This document shows, piece by piece, positions 19,770 through 32,429 of a DNA stretch of 64,000 nt (position 1 is its first letter; each line of letters begins with the position of its first letter). The notes beneath the pieces are model-generated. The model was not told the DNA's origin. It ran no database searches and saw only the letters and a program-made list of their open reading frames with translations. The stretch is from the NCBI GenBank assembly GCA_030704615.1, contig CM060733.1, positions 44,144,001-44,208,000 of the forward strand, given 5' to 3'. Position numbers and translations under genes: made by a program. The DNA comes from Takakia lepidozioides. Its lineage: Eukaryota; Plantae; Bryophyta.

Positions 19770-20730
19770 TGGATGAAGGCATTTGCCTTCTGGACTTGTT
19801 TGGCGGGATCAGCACCGGATTGGCTGCTATTCTACAGACAGGTGTATGGGTACGGCGTTACCTGTATGTGGAGAGGGATGAGACTGCACGACGTGTGTCC
19901 CTACGCCATGTTGCTCTGTTGGTGCAGTAGTACCCTGAGTTGTTGCCGGTGTCTGCAGTTCGTGGATATCAGCAGGCCTTGCCAGGAGACATTTCGTTGC
20001 TGAGGGCGTAGGATTTGGAGCGGGTTGGCTCCATTGATTTGGTAGTGGCAGGTTGGCCCTGCCAAGGGCATTCATCAGCCGGGCATGGCAATGGATTGCG
20101 AGACTCGAGGTTGGGTCTGTTTTGGGAGATGGTGCGGGTTTTGCGCCACTTACAGCTTCATCAAACTGTATCTCCAGCATACATCTTGGAGAATGTGCCA
20201 CTGATGGGCAATTCTCGGGCCAGTGTGATGGCCAGTGTGCATCAAGTCCGGTCGTGGCTTGGGTCAACAGTGTTGCTGGATGCAACTGCAGTGGGGTCAC
20301 GGGCTCATCGTCCACGGTTATGGTGGACTAACTTGATGTCACCCGCACTGCTTAAGCATGCATTTGATGGGGTGCAGCGGCCAGCATACCTCACAGTGGA
20401 TAGCATTTTGGACACATGGAGGCAGTCTCAGCGTGTAAGACACGATGACCGTTTGCCTTTTGCAGTGGTCAACAAGGTGGATCAACCACGAGCAGCACTA
20501 CCTACACTGCTCAGCTTCCCAGGATCGCATGCTTTCCGGGATAATGGACCTAGCCTCATGTGGGATGCTCAGTTGTAGCAATTAGTAGAGCCTAATGCCG
20601 ACAAGCAAGATCGGGCTATGGGTTTTTCCACTAGGACCACGGTGGTGCCTTCTCTTTCTGAGGCATCACGTCGTCGGGTGTTGGGGCAAGCGATGGATCT
20701 AAATTGCTTGACCTGGATTATCAGCTTGGC
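19770..20730 (+). pseudogene. C5 cytosine DNA methyltransferase domain (DNMT3-like) in frame within the Gypsy polyprotein
   Basis: Ordered motifs: I LLDLFGGISTG; II YLYVERDETA; III PGDI; IV IDLVVAGWPCQGHS (catalytic PC); VI YILENV; VIII AHRPRLWWTNL; IX DRAMGF; X RRRVLGQAMD. One frame, broken only by TAG stops at 19928, 20009 and 20576. Confidence 0.92.
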
Positions 20731-21040
20731 TATGGCTGAGCAACGTAGAGTGCGGAGTGCACTTCCCTTGACAGTCTCTTTGCCTACCGAGACGGTACAG
20801 GCAGTGAGTGGGGGCGAGCCGGTGCGGACCACGGGGTGTAGACATCCATGGCACACGTGGGAGGTGCTCGAGGTTCAGAGGGAGTTGGCAGCCAAGGCGG
20901 TTGTGATGGATAAGGTTGGGGATTCTTCTCAGGTTGAGGAGGTCCTCAAGGATGAGATGATGGGGCAGGATGAGGCCTTGTCATTGATTGAGCAAGCAGG
21001 GAGTACTGCTCATGAGGTTGTGGCATAGCAACCACGAGAC

Positions 21041-23900
21041 GTGTTTCCTACCTCTAAGTCTGCTGGACTTAAGGTTGCAGTTACGGAGGACAATTATGAG
21101 CCTGACATTGGACCCATTGTCACTGGAGGAGAGAGACGACGTATACGGCGGTTCCTGAGGGCTTACAGGAATTGCTTTGCCTTCAGTTTGAAGGATTTGG
21201 GAGCACTGGGTCAAGAGATTCGTATTGAGTTGGCCACAGACACGCCAATCTTTCGGAGACCCTATAGATACAGTGACATGGAGAGGTCTTTGATTCAGAT
21301 GAGGACTCAAGATCTCTGGGAGGCCGGTTTGGTGGAGCTCTCTGGTGGAGAGTATGCTTCAGCCACGGTGATATCAGCCAAGAAGGATGTCTATGGCAAT
21401 TGGACGGAGAGACGTATGTGCGATGATTACCGGCCTGTAAATTGTCAGACCAAGTCCGATAAGTATGCCATGCCCACACCGGAGGAGATCTTTGATGCCA
21501 TTGGGCATGCCAAGGACTTTAGCACTTTGGACTTGCGGTCCAGATATCACCAGTTGCCGATCAAGGAGGCGGACAAGCAGAAGACGACATTCTGGGGGAT
21601 CAATGAGCACGGGAAGGATTGCCTATATCAATGGCGATTATTACCATTTGGGCTTAAGAACGCTCCTGCAGAGTTCCAGAGAGTCATGGACAGGATTCTA
21701 GCAGGGTTGACTTTGCTCGGTGCTACATAGATGACATCATCATCTTTAGTGCTATGGTGGAGGAGCACGAGAGACACCTTCAGGTGGTGTTTGACCGCTT
21801 GAGAGCGCACGGATTGAAATTACATCCGGGGAAGTGCAAGTTCTTCCACAACCAGATTGAGTATCTGGGCCACATGATATATCCTGGAGGATTGGGGGTG
21901 CAGCAGACTAAGGTAGAGGCCATCGCACAGATTTCACGTCCCACGAATGGGAGCCGAGTTCGAGCTTTCATGGGGTTGGCAAACTACTATAGACGGTTTG
22001 TCAAGGGATTTAGTGCTATTGCAAAGGCTCTAACCAAGCTGACCAAGGTAGACCAGGAGTGGCAGTGGGAAGATGAGCAAGAGCGAGCTTTTCAGGAGCT
22101 CAAGGCAAGGTTGACCTCGGCGCCCATCTTGAGACAACCTATCAGGGGGCGTCCCTTTCAGGTGCATACAGATTGGAGCATGCTGGGGCTTGGAGCGGTT
22201 CTCACATAGGTGGATGATGAGGGAAGAGAGTTCGTAGTGGCTTATGCTAGCTGCTCGAACAACGCTGCAGAGTCTAAGTATAGCTCATATGAGGGGGAGT
22301 GCTTAGCTGCAGTGTGGGCCGTGGCACACTTCAGGTGCTATCTATACGGCAATCTCTTCACCCTTGTCACGGATCACCAGCCACTCAAGTGGTTGATGGA
22401 GTCAGACAAGCTTACGGGGAAGCTTGCACAGTGGGCACTTATACTCCAGGAGTATGACTTTCAGGTTGTGCATCGACCGGGTTTGGTCAATAGGGATGCG
22501 GATGGATTGAGTCGCAATCCATGCATGAGCTAGCAGGATGACACTGGAGCTCGGTGGCATGGTGAGACGGACGAGGAGATTGTGCCGGGATGACATGCAT
22601 CTGCCTTTTTGTGTATCTTGGCATCGGGAGGTCAGGTTGGGCCTACAACAGGGATGACTGTAGACGGAGTGTCTGAGGACCCTGAGGCTAGTGATGAGCC
22701 AAGTGGTGCCAAGGATATACATGAGGATTCGGTTGTGTTGGACTACCTCCGCACTGGAGACTCGGCAGCTAGTGTGACTGCCAAGAAGAGGGATCGGATC
22801 CTACAACGAGCCAAGAGGTTCAAATGGGAGGGGATACACCTGCTTCGAGTGTGGGAGGATGGTCGGGTGAGGATCGTGCCTCACCCAACACAGCGTGCAC
22901 GGTTAGTGCGGCATGCCCATGAGGAGTTGGGGCATTTTGGAGTCGTGGCTAGGTGCATGGTGTGTGACAAGGTGCGTGCTTCATTCAACGCCCCTACACC
23001 ACAGTTGCATCATTTACCCATCATGGGATTGGGCTACAGGTGGAGTCTTGACTTGCAGGGCCTTCTACCACTGACGATGCGTCACCACAGATATGTGTTG
23101 GGGATGGTGGAGCACTTCTCCAAGTGGATTGAGTTGGTTCCATTGCCTAACAAGGCTAGTGAGGGGGCTGCGTATGCATTCCTGGATCGTGTGCTTAACC
23201 AATTCGGTGCTCCAGCTGAGGTACTCACGGACCAAGGGAGAGAGTTCTTGGGGGAGTTTCAGGCTTTGTGTGATAAAGCCTTGATAGACCACCGTACCAC
23301 TTCTCGGGATCATCCTGAGGCCGATGGCTTGGCAGAGAGAGTAGTGCAGACAGTGAAGAGGGGTTTGCGCAAGTATGGCTTGCAAAAAGGACACCTAAGA
23401 GATTGGGATCTTCAGGTACCTTGGCTAGCCATGGGCTACAGGTTTAGCAAGCAAGCATCACTTACCTCCTTCTCACCATATTTCCTTCTCTTTGGCCGAG
23501 AGCCAGATTTGCCTGCGTCTATTCGCAGGGAGGCTGCAGTAGTCCTCAACCTTGATGATCCGGATGTGTGGACACAAGCATGTGCCCAGTGGGCAGAGTT
23601 GTTCAAGAGAGTCATGCCTATGGCTTTTGAGAATCTTGCTATTGCCCAACACCGAGACACATTGAGGTATGTCACTATACGTGGAGGGGGATATTGGCCA
23701 GGTGTTCGGCGTTTCCACCCTGGGGACTATGTGTATCTGCAGCAGACAACGCCTACGACCTTGGATGTCACAGCAGGACGTGTGATTCTAAGGGTCAGGG
23801 AGGTATTACCTTCAGGAGTGTTGATTCTGGAGGGACGAAATGGTATGGAAGGATCATGTGCCCAATTGTGCGCCATTTCACCTTCCATATGTGGATGAGA
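21041..23900 (+). pseudogene. Reverse transcriptase, RNase H and integrase (Ty3/Gypsy pol), with stops and frameshifts
   Basis: RMCDDYRPVN, STLDLRSRYHQL, LPFGLKNAP, YIDDIIIF; RH HTDWSMLGLGAVLT, EGECLA, TDHQPL; IN HEELGHFG..CMVC (internally deleted), WSLDL, LTDQG, GLAER. Confidence 0.95.
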
Positions 23901-23941
23901 GGATAGATCCCAACCTTGCAGTGGTACCTGCAGGATTGCGT

Positions 23942-24085
23942 TGCATGCTATGTGGGCATGCTCGTGGTGCCGCCACTATGCTGGTGTGTGATCGATGTTC
24001 AAGAGGTTGGCACATGGGATGCTTGACACCACCTCTTGAGAGGGTTCCTGATGGAGATTGGTTATGTCCACCCTGCTTGGGATAG
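23942..24085 (+). pseudogene. PHD finger at the integrase C-terminus
   Basis: CMLC...MLVCDRCSRGWHMGCLTPPLERVPDGDWLCPPC, a canonical C4HC3 pattern. Confidence 0.93.
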
Positions 24086-24712
24086 TGCAGTGGATATGAC
24101 TAGTGGCAGCTCACAAGACATGGGAGGCCAAGCTCATAGGAGTCAATACCCAAGATCTCAGGCTCAAGTTCACAGGTTGCAAGACGACGACTAACGATGG
24201 GGCAACTCTTGTACCCGGCCTCTTGATCTATTGAGTTTGAGTGTAGTAGGGACAGTGGTGGAGGACCTAGTGAGGCTATAGCCACTATCACATCTTGTGG
24301 CTACCTGGCCTTAGAGGGACCTAAGCGCTAGCTAGGGAGGCGATTGTGATGACTAGTGGCAGCCTACAGTACAATAGATCGCGGTAGTTATGACTGCCAA
24401 ACCGTGGTAGTCATGGTTTTCATGACTTTGACCATGACTGCACCATGTTTTTATATGAAATTGACCTCCCGCAGTCGTTCATACGACTGTAGTCATATGA
24501 ACGACTATCTAAATAGTCGTTTGTATGACTACATGGCTCCGGAATGGGCGGAAGGCTGGTCAACAGCAATTGACCAGATTTAGCTCACCATTCATAGTCA
24601 TTTCCATGACTACAGTGTAGATGGATGAGGTTACATAGTCATGATGACTACTCGGGATTTTGTAATTTGGTGTGTATAATACAATTAAAATACCATATGA
24701 TCATATGAATGA

Positions 24713-27700
24713 TGTCAAGTTAAATAAACACAGTGTGAAACTAACTAGAATAAATCTACTTATTTGTATTTAACATTTGGATTTAGTTCAAGTGTTAAGT
24801 CAGGTGTCAAGTTTAGTTTGACACCTGAACCATCTTATCTTCACGAGCACGTCAGTCGTGTGGCTCATCTCTCTCGAGTTGAGCCTGCACGACCGAGCTC
24901 CTTCTCTGCTTAGAATCTGAGTGTGTTTATGAAGGGAGAATAGGATGTTGTGGGGTGGAGTCCCCTTAGCTTGGGGTGCCCCTGGCTCGACTCTTAGTTT
25001 TAATGAGTGATTGTGTTGTATTGAGTGTTTCTATGTCAACAGTGTGAATCTAGTTTCAATCACTCGAGAGAGATCATCTATCTAGTTTTCTAGTGCTAAG
25101 CTAGATATGATGTTTTTGTTTTTAGCACTATTAGAATATAGCTTGGTCACGGGGAGCCTGCAGTTAGACTGGCTATGTGTGCCGAGTGGAGCAGAACAGG
25201 AAGGCGGAAACCATTCGAAGTGTTGCTGCAACAGTTCAAAGCCAACAATAATCGCCCCGGGGATGCCCGTTTGTTTGAGGCTGGTGGAAGCATTCACAGG
25301 GGTCGCCTACACATTCTCATTTGGAGTGTGCGCTGCAGGTAATCCTGTTGCGGTGGGGTCCCTGGTGTCAAAACCAGGCTGCTGCGGTGGTAGGAGGGTC
25401 AGCGTGGCCGCGGCGGATGGTTTTGCTGCAGAGCTCGTGATTCCCAGACGAGGGGATCAGCGTGATGGAATTCCAGCAGGGCAAGTGGGCTGTATCCACC
25501 CGTCGTTGCTTCCGGTATCATGCTTGCATCTCCCAGCACTAAGGGATGAGTGGCCGAGCTGTTGGGAGGGGGAAGCTTAGCGAGAACCACATTGGCGTGA
25601 TTGTAGAAGTTGGCGAGGTTAGCGCCAAGGTTCTCGGTAATGGAGTCCTTTAGAGAGACTAGGTAGGCGTGCTGCTCCTCCTTCTGAGCCACCATGGTGG
25701 TGGCGACCCTATTGTCCAGAGCTGCTAAGTCCCCCCATATGTCGGTTTTGATTGAAATGGCATGTGGAGCTAATTTTTGGTCGATTCAAGCATAAGTAGG
25801 TCCTGGCCGTGTTCCGAGCTTGGATTTGCGTTGATGCTGATAGAGTTCACGGTGTTGGCGAGCGCCTCATTGATATTAGCTACGCGCAAGCGATCCAAAA
25901 TCCCCTTGGCAGGTGGAGCAGGTCCGTTCAGACTGTGGATGTGCGGGTCGAACTTGACCAATCGATCAATGACAAGGGATGGAGGCTTATTGCACCATTG
26001 GAGACTCGCTTGTCATGTACAGGGAGAGGTAGTCGGTAGTGGCGAGGAGGTCGTATGCTTTCTTTACTTTTCCTTGCACCGGGGTCCCGGAGGCCATCTC
26101 CATGACGAACGCCATGTCGCCTTTCAAGAGCGCGATGCCATCAGTCGCAGGGTGTAGCAGTTCGATTTTGAGGATCCCATACCACATCTTGTTTCCATGT
26201 TTTGTGAATGTCGTGATTGGATTGTACAAGACAGTTCCCAGGGGGATTTGCATTTCTTCGAGTCTCTTCTTGGCACGATAAAGGGCTTCCTCTTTTGACA
26301 TGTCAGTATCGCTATCGAACCTTATCAAGATGTGACATGGAGTAGCAGATAGGCCTGAGTTCGGGTCAATTGGAGTGCCCTTTGGTAGTTGAGTAAGCGG
26401 AAGAAATTGTCCCTCGTGTCCATCAGGACGCACAGCAGGGAAGAATAGCTGTGGGACGTGAGGGAAGGCCTTGAGGCAGTGGCGCATTTCGTGAATTTCT
26501 GAGGCTCGAAGGCCCAACTTCTGAAGCTCTGCCGTTGTTCTTGTTTCCATGAAGAAGGGCAATTGTGCATCGTGGGCATGTTTCTCGAGGGCAGGATAGC
26601 CCATCCACAGTTGGCGCGTAGAAAATGAGTTGGAGGTGCATATGTGACAGATCTGGAGCAACTCCTTGTGACTTCTTGGGGTCAGAGTGGGAGCTGCCCG
26701 TATCACTGTTGATCGTGCTAGAAGCGCGTTTGTTATTCGGGCAGCTGCCAGCCAGGGGAGCAGCAGGTGGTGTGGTCGTGGTATTGCGGAGGGTCATCCG
26801 GTGAACGTGCAGATTGGACGCCGATAGAGATTGTGCGGCAGGAGTGTTTGGGTCGTGGCCCACCCTGTCCATTGCCATATTCTATGTCGAGCGGGTTTGG
26901 TATGTCTGTTCTGTTGCAAAGAACTGCTTGTCAGACAGATGCATATCGCTGACGTCGGCATCTTCCTCTTCGGGAGCATCCATAGAAGTAGCGTTGGCTG
27001 CATGGGAGGAATCATTACGAATTTTAATCCAAGGTCGGTCATGGACTTGAGCAGCCAGCTTGCGAGATGCAAAGCAGTTCAGTGTATGTTTGAAACACCT
27101 GTAGGTGAAATCCAGGGAATCTGTGAGAACTACATGGACGTGTTGGGAACTCGTAGATGACTTGGGAGCAGTTTTTAATGGTGAGAACGTTTTGGTGTTA
27201 AAAAAAAAAAAAACCCCCTTTTGATCTAATTTAAATGGTTTAGAGCCTAATTGGTCATATCTTTGTCAAATGGACTCCGCTTGACTCAGTTTTTGGGGGG
27301 ATAGCTGTAGAAAGGGGAAATCTACCTATCTAGACCTATTTTAGTTTTTTGGACTCTGCTAAAACTCTATGGAATTTTTTGAGTGTGAGTGTGCTATGAA
27401 AGATCCACAATTATGTTTCTAGAACCTGTTGTGGTCTACATGAGAGACAAATCTGGGGATGTCCTCCTTGTATGGCTGGGGGAAATGAGGACGTAATTGA
27501 ATGGCAGGTCTCTTCTCTTAGCCTGTGCACACAAGGGGACAAGATTTATATTTCTCAAGGAACTCAGACTGATTTGAGTGGAGAGCAGTTGGACGAGTTG
27601 ATTGCATACTGGGAGTCAGGCATTAGCAATAGACAACAAACTGCAGTACTTGGCGTTGAGGGCCTCAATATTGCTTTGGACAGTCAGAACTCTGTTGGAG

Positions 27701-28406
27701 CAAGCAGTTCTGTAGCTGTAGGAGAAATACCAAAGTGGGTGGAAGCTAGGCTTGGAACACAGCCAAAGACAGCCCCGGGGGTTTATTAGCAATGACAAGT
27801 TTGTTCTGCTTGAAGGAGATGCAGTCATTCGCAACGAGGACACCCGCAACCGTCTCAAAGCTTTCGAGTTGAGAGACTGTCTGACCCTACCTTTATTTTC
27901 TTTAGTATTCAGTGAGCGGGAGATAGGGGAATATTGCTTTGTCTCTACCTGGCAGAAGGAGGATGAGGGTTGGTTAGAGTGAGCTACTGTAGCTTGGGAC
28001 AAGGTTTGTGGCAGGTTTCTGGACATAGATATACCTCCTACACCCTACCATCATGCAGAGCGAGGCACTTTGAAAGAAGTCTGGCAGTTGATAGCATAGA
28101 TCAGGATAAGATCTTGCTTGGTCGGGCCTCTATTCTTCCCCTTCCTCTTTTTACTATTTTCATTACTTTGTACTTGTAGTTGTCAAAGCCTCTCTTGGTG
28201 GAGGCCAGTCAGTCCGGGGTTTTGGGCTGGGATATTCTGCAGGATCAGCACTGCAGATGGATTTTGGTGTGGGGGTGTTGATGTTTTGATTTCTTATGTT
28301 TGGATCCCCCCCAACACCTGCATGCTTGACTGTGCGCCATGTTGGTTTTGTGTGGGCGCTTGTTTTCATAGGGAATAGGCCGGATTTGATCACCGGTGCT
28401 GTTCCA
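24713..28406 (+). repeat. LTR-like long repeat B (diverged homologue of A), with ~2 kb of B-specific interior
   Basis: Starts TGTCAAGTT and ends GTTCCA at the junction where hAT sequence resumes; shares motif blocks with 14176-16510. Confidence 0.55.
25399..27070 (-). pseudogene. Decayed ORF of unknown, probably TE-derived, function
   Basis: Chain of minus-strand ORFs (26423-26878, 25987-26706 of 239 aa, 25770-25961, 25399-25695) with protein-like composition; no family recognised. Confidence 0.4.
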
Positions 28407-29191
28407 CTTGGATAATGGCATATTGATAACCGGGAGATTTTTTTTTTTGGGACCCTTCTATTGATAACCTCTAACCGCCACAATTTCCAAACCCCTACAT
28501 TATATATAACCACCTCCATCCCGCTTTAAGCAAAGATGCCTTACCCGGACCCTTCAATATGCCCAAATTGTCATACCCGCCCAACACTGGTTTAAACCCG
28601 CTGCCCTGCCCCGTGTGTGGGATTGTTCGTGTGACGGTATGTCTGGGTGATGATCGTCCCGTAGGCCTCATGGCCCATAAATGAAAGGGGGTTAATCTTT
28701 CCCCTCCTCAAGGGCCTGAATTGTGGGCTGTCGCTCCCATATTTCCTTAAATAAATAAATAAATAAAAACCCCTCAAGGACCTAAATTGTGGGCTATCAG
28801 ATTTCCTTTTATGTATATATATATATATATGCGAGATCTAAAGAGGTATTGTTTGGGTTATATGACATTTAAGGAATGATATATATGTAGCATTTGTTTT
28901 AGGTGTGATTGGAGCGTTCTTATAACCCAAGGCTCCCTAACAACACAACAAAAAAAGAAAAGACCTAGCACATAAAGGCTATGAAGGCACATAAAGGCCC
29001 TTATATACCCTGATTAGATATACCCTTCATTTTAACATATACCCTTCAGGAAAGTAGGGTATATTGAGGGTCTTGATGCAGGGTAAATATAAGGATAAGG
29101 GTATATCATAAGAATATACCCTGATATAAGGGTATACATCCGGGTACCTAAACTTGCCACACCAGGGTATATATATATCAATATACCCTGA

Positions 29192-29410
<219 letters not shown>

Positions 29411-32400
29411 ATCGACCAAATCACCCTCATTTTTTTCTGGGTCATTGTAGCCAAATGATCGCTCATCCGACTCACGCACGTCTTTTTAGAATAATGGGCT
29501 TCATGAAACAGTGCTAGAGGTTGTTTCTGTGTATGTCCAGTGAGGTGTGAATTAGGTCTGCGAGCTAAGTTTTTGAGTACTGTTCGACGTGAGCATTGCT
29601 TGCTGGAGTTTCTCATTTTAATAAAGCAACGAGGCCCGGTTCTTTTTTTTTGCGTCCAATTTTTGTATCAGATGTGGTGGGATGTGCTGGTTATGTGGAT
29701 CACAATTCTCATGAGTATGTTGAGAGCAGGGGAATGCTATCTTATGCTTGAGAATGTGATTTCAAAGGGTTCGTACCAGTGTTGGGCGGGTATGACAATT
29801 TGGGCATATTGAAGGGTCCGGGTAAGGCATCTTTGCTTAAAGCGGAATGGAGGCGGTTATATATAATGTAGGGGTTTGGAAATTGTGGCGGTTAGAGGTT
29901 ATCAATAGAAGGGTCCCCAAAAAAAATCTCCCGGTTATCAATATGCCATTATCCAAGTCCGGGCCCCATACATTGGTTATCAATATAACCTGATTTTCAG
30001 TTATTATATATTAAGATTTTAAGAGGACCAAAAAGACAGGGAACAAAAAGGAAAAAAAATGGAATATATATATATATATGAAGAGTCACAGTTAGTTACA
30101 CAAATGAAGTACCCTACTAGAATCATTGTATTTCATATCTCTAGAAATGGAAATAAATTTGCCGTGCTTGCTTCTATGTGCCATCACAACCTTGCTCACG
30201 TAAATGCACGATTCAAAAACTTTGGATTATAGAGTGTTGCTGGTCCTGGCATCTTACTTTTCTGAAAACAGCCTGAGTTTTCAGCAGACAACTTACACCA
30301 TAACCACATCCATTAGGCTTTTTTGCCTTCCATACAACATCAGTGCTATAAGATTCTAATCTTGCCCATAGTTGTAAGGAAAAGGGTTAAATAGCACATA
30401 GCAATGTAGTCATGAAAGGCAAGGCTTGCTACGGTCATGGCTAGTCATGGCTGATGCACTTGGCAGGCTCAACTGAATATTCAGATCGGGCATTCCAAAT
30501 ACTCCGCATCTGTCCCAGTCATGACCATTCACATTTGTCAATCCTTAGCCCTTAGAGATTACCAAGCACCTGTTTAGTGAGGAAGCATCTAACATGTTTC
30601 GAAATAGAAGCTCGGACATTGCCAGCTGGTTACATATCACCTCAAATCTGATTATGTGGTAGCCTGCAAAACATCACAACCCATTAGAGTATATTACCCC
30701 CAACAAGGACCTACCAAACAACTTGACCCCTGGGCCCTCTCTATTTGTTTGATGCACAAAAAATCCTCACCGTATCACTGCACAACAACTTCTGATACAG
30801 GTAATTATTTCAGTTCCTCTGTGGATCAAATTAGGACCCAGACGCCAATAACAATACCAACAAAGAGACACAACAAGCATCATCACAAGGGATGCATTTC
30901 CATAGAAGCCCCTGACCTTTATTTGCTAGACTGATAAATTTTGGGCAGTGGTGGGGTATGTCCCCACATGAGATGGTGGCACAAGAATTCAGCTGCACAC
31001 AAACAAGAATATGGGAACTCTTGCAGGATGCACATGGTCTTGTAAATTCATACTCCAGTGCTACATAAGACTGCACCTTGCACTTTCCAGAAAGAACTGG
31101 ATCGGTTTTAATGAAAAGAAAAGCCAAAACTACGTCTTCCTAGAAAGATATTGTCCATAGTGCACCACCGGAGCACTCAATGACCTGTGACTCCAATTTA
31201 GAACCATTCCTCAAGATGCACAAGATAAAATGTAGCATGGTTGAGTTGCAACTGGATCCTCTGGTTGCAATTCATATACTTGAAACCTAGTTTGAATAGT
31301 GTAAACGAAAAAAAAACCCCACCTCCATGTAGTTTGATAAATTCGACGTAAATATGGAAGGCATTCAGGCATTTTGAAGACCACTCGGTGCGCATCCACC
31401 ACAGGGATGCCTCGGCGTGAGCCTGGTCACATGAGCGCGTGAGCGCAACTGCGCTCACGCCACGTCACCTTGCGCCAATGCCACGTCACGGGGCTCACTC
31501 CACGTCATCACACGTGAAGGCCGCGTCACCACACGCCCAGAAAGAAGTGGAGTGTATTCCCGCGGATTGGCACCCTTTACCGCGGAAATAAGCTGGACGA
31601 CATAATAAAAGGCATTGAATAAAGGATGGATGAATGTACAGTTGGATGATAAATAGATGGATGAGTGTGAAAAATGAATGTAGATGGATGAATGAGGGAT
31701 GGATAAGAGTAAAATGGATGAATATATAATGGATGTTGAGCAATGACAAAAATTCATGACAGGAAGATGCATGACCAAAACTTTTGACGAATGCACAACG
31801 TATATGAAATGAGTGTGGAAGGTTTGTGGGGTGGATTAAAGAGTACAGAGGATGAATGTACAATGGATGTTGAACAAAGGAAAACATTCATGAATGGAGC
31901 ACGCATGAATACACTGTAGATGAATGCTCAATGGATATGAGAAGAGTCAGGGAGGTTTGTGAGATGGATTCATACATATTGCAATTTAAATGAAAGTTGA
32001 TTCTGTGATTATTATTTGTTCTAAAGGAACAACTACGGTGGAGGAAGGGGATTCAACGTTTTCCAGATAGTATGAAAATGAATATTAAAAGAATATAGTT
32101 CAGTCTGACTCAGAGTATGTACAATGTATCCCCGCTTCCTCTGCATCTAAGTCTAAGTATTTTAGAACACCGGATCCACGCTGGATACACCTACGGCTGG
32201 GCAATAAAAAGTCAGGGGATAGGGACTCGGCCGCGTGAAGTGCCATTGCTTCGGCATAAACAGGAAGCAGAAAATTGGAAAGGGGGCTGTCGAAAACAGA
32301 CTCACCAGAAATGACTGTATCTCCTGAAGATCCACCGCTGCCTTTCCTGAAAGACAGCCTGAAAAAGTTATTACGGTAACTTTGATGTTATTGAGAAATT

Positions 32401-32429
32401 GAGTATGGCTCCCAAAGAGGGTTTAGCAC

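Larger units (their letters stand above)
14176..28406 (+). mobile_element. Ty3/Gypsy retroelement block (decayed, probably chimeric) nested in hAT copy 1
   Basis: Absent from hAT copy 2; ends TG...CA; domain order gag-PR-(DNMT)-RT-RH-IN-PHD is Ty3/Gypsy-like. PPT-like AGGGAGGCGAT followed by TG at 24334-24346. No TSD. Confidence 0.85.
8317..28589 (+). mobile_element. Pack-hAT DNA transposon, copy 1 (~6 kb core, carrying a 14.2 kb nested retroelement block)
   Basis: TIRs CAGTGTTGGGCGGGTAT / ATACCCGCCCAACACTG. TSD GTTTGAAC (8309-8316) vs GTTTAAAC (28590-28597), 7/8 match. Colinear with the inverted copy at 29777-52499. Confidence 0.93.
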
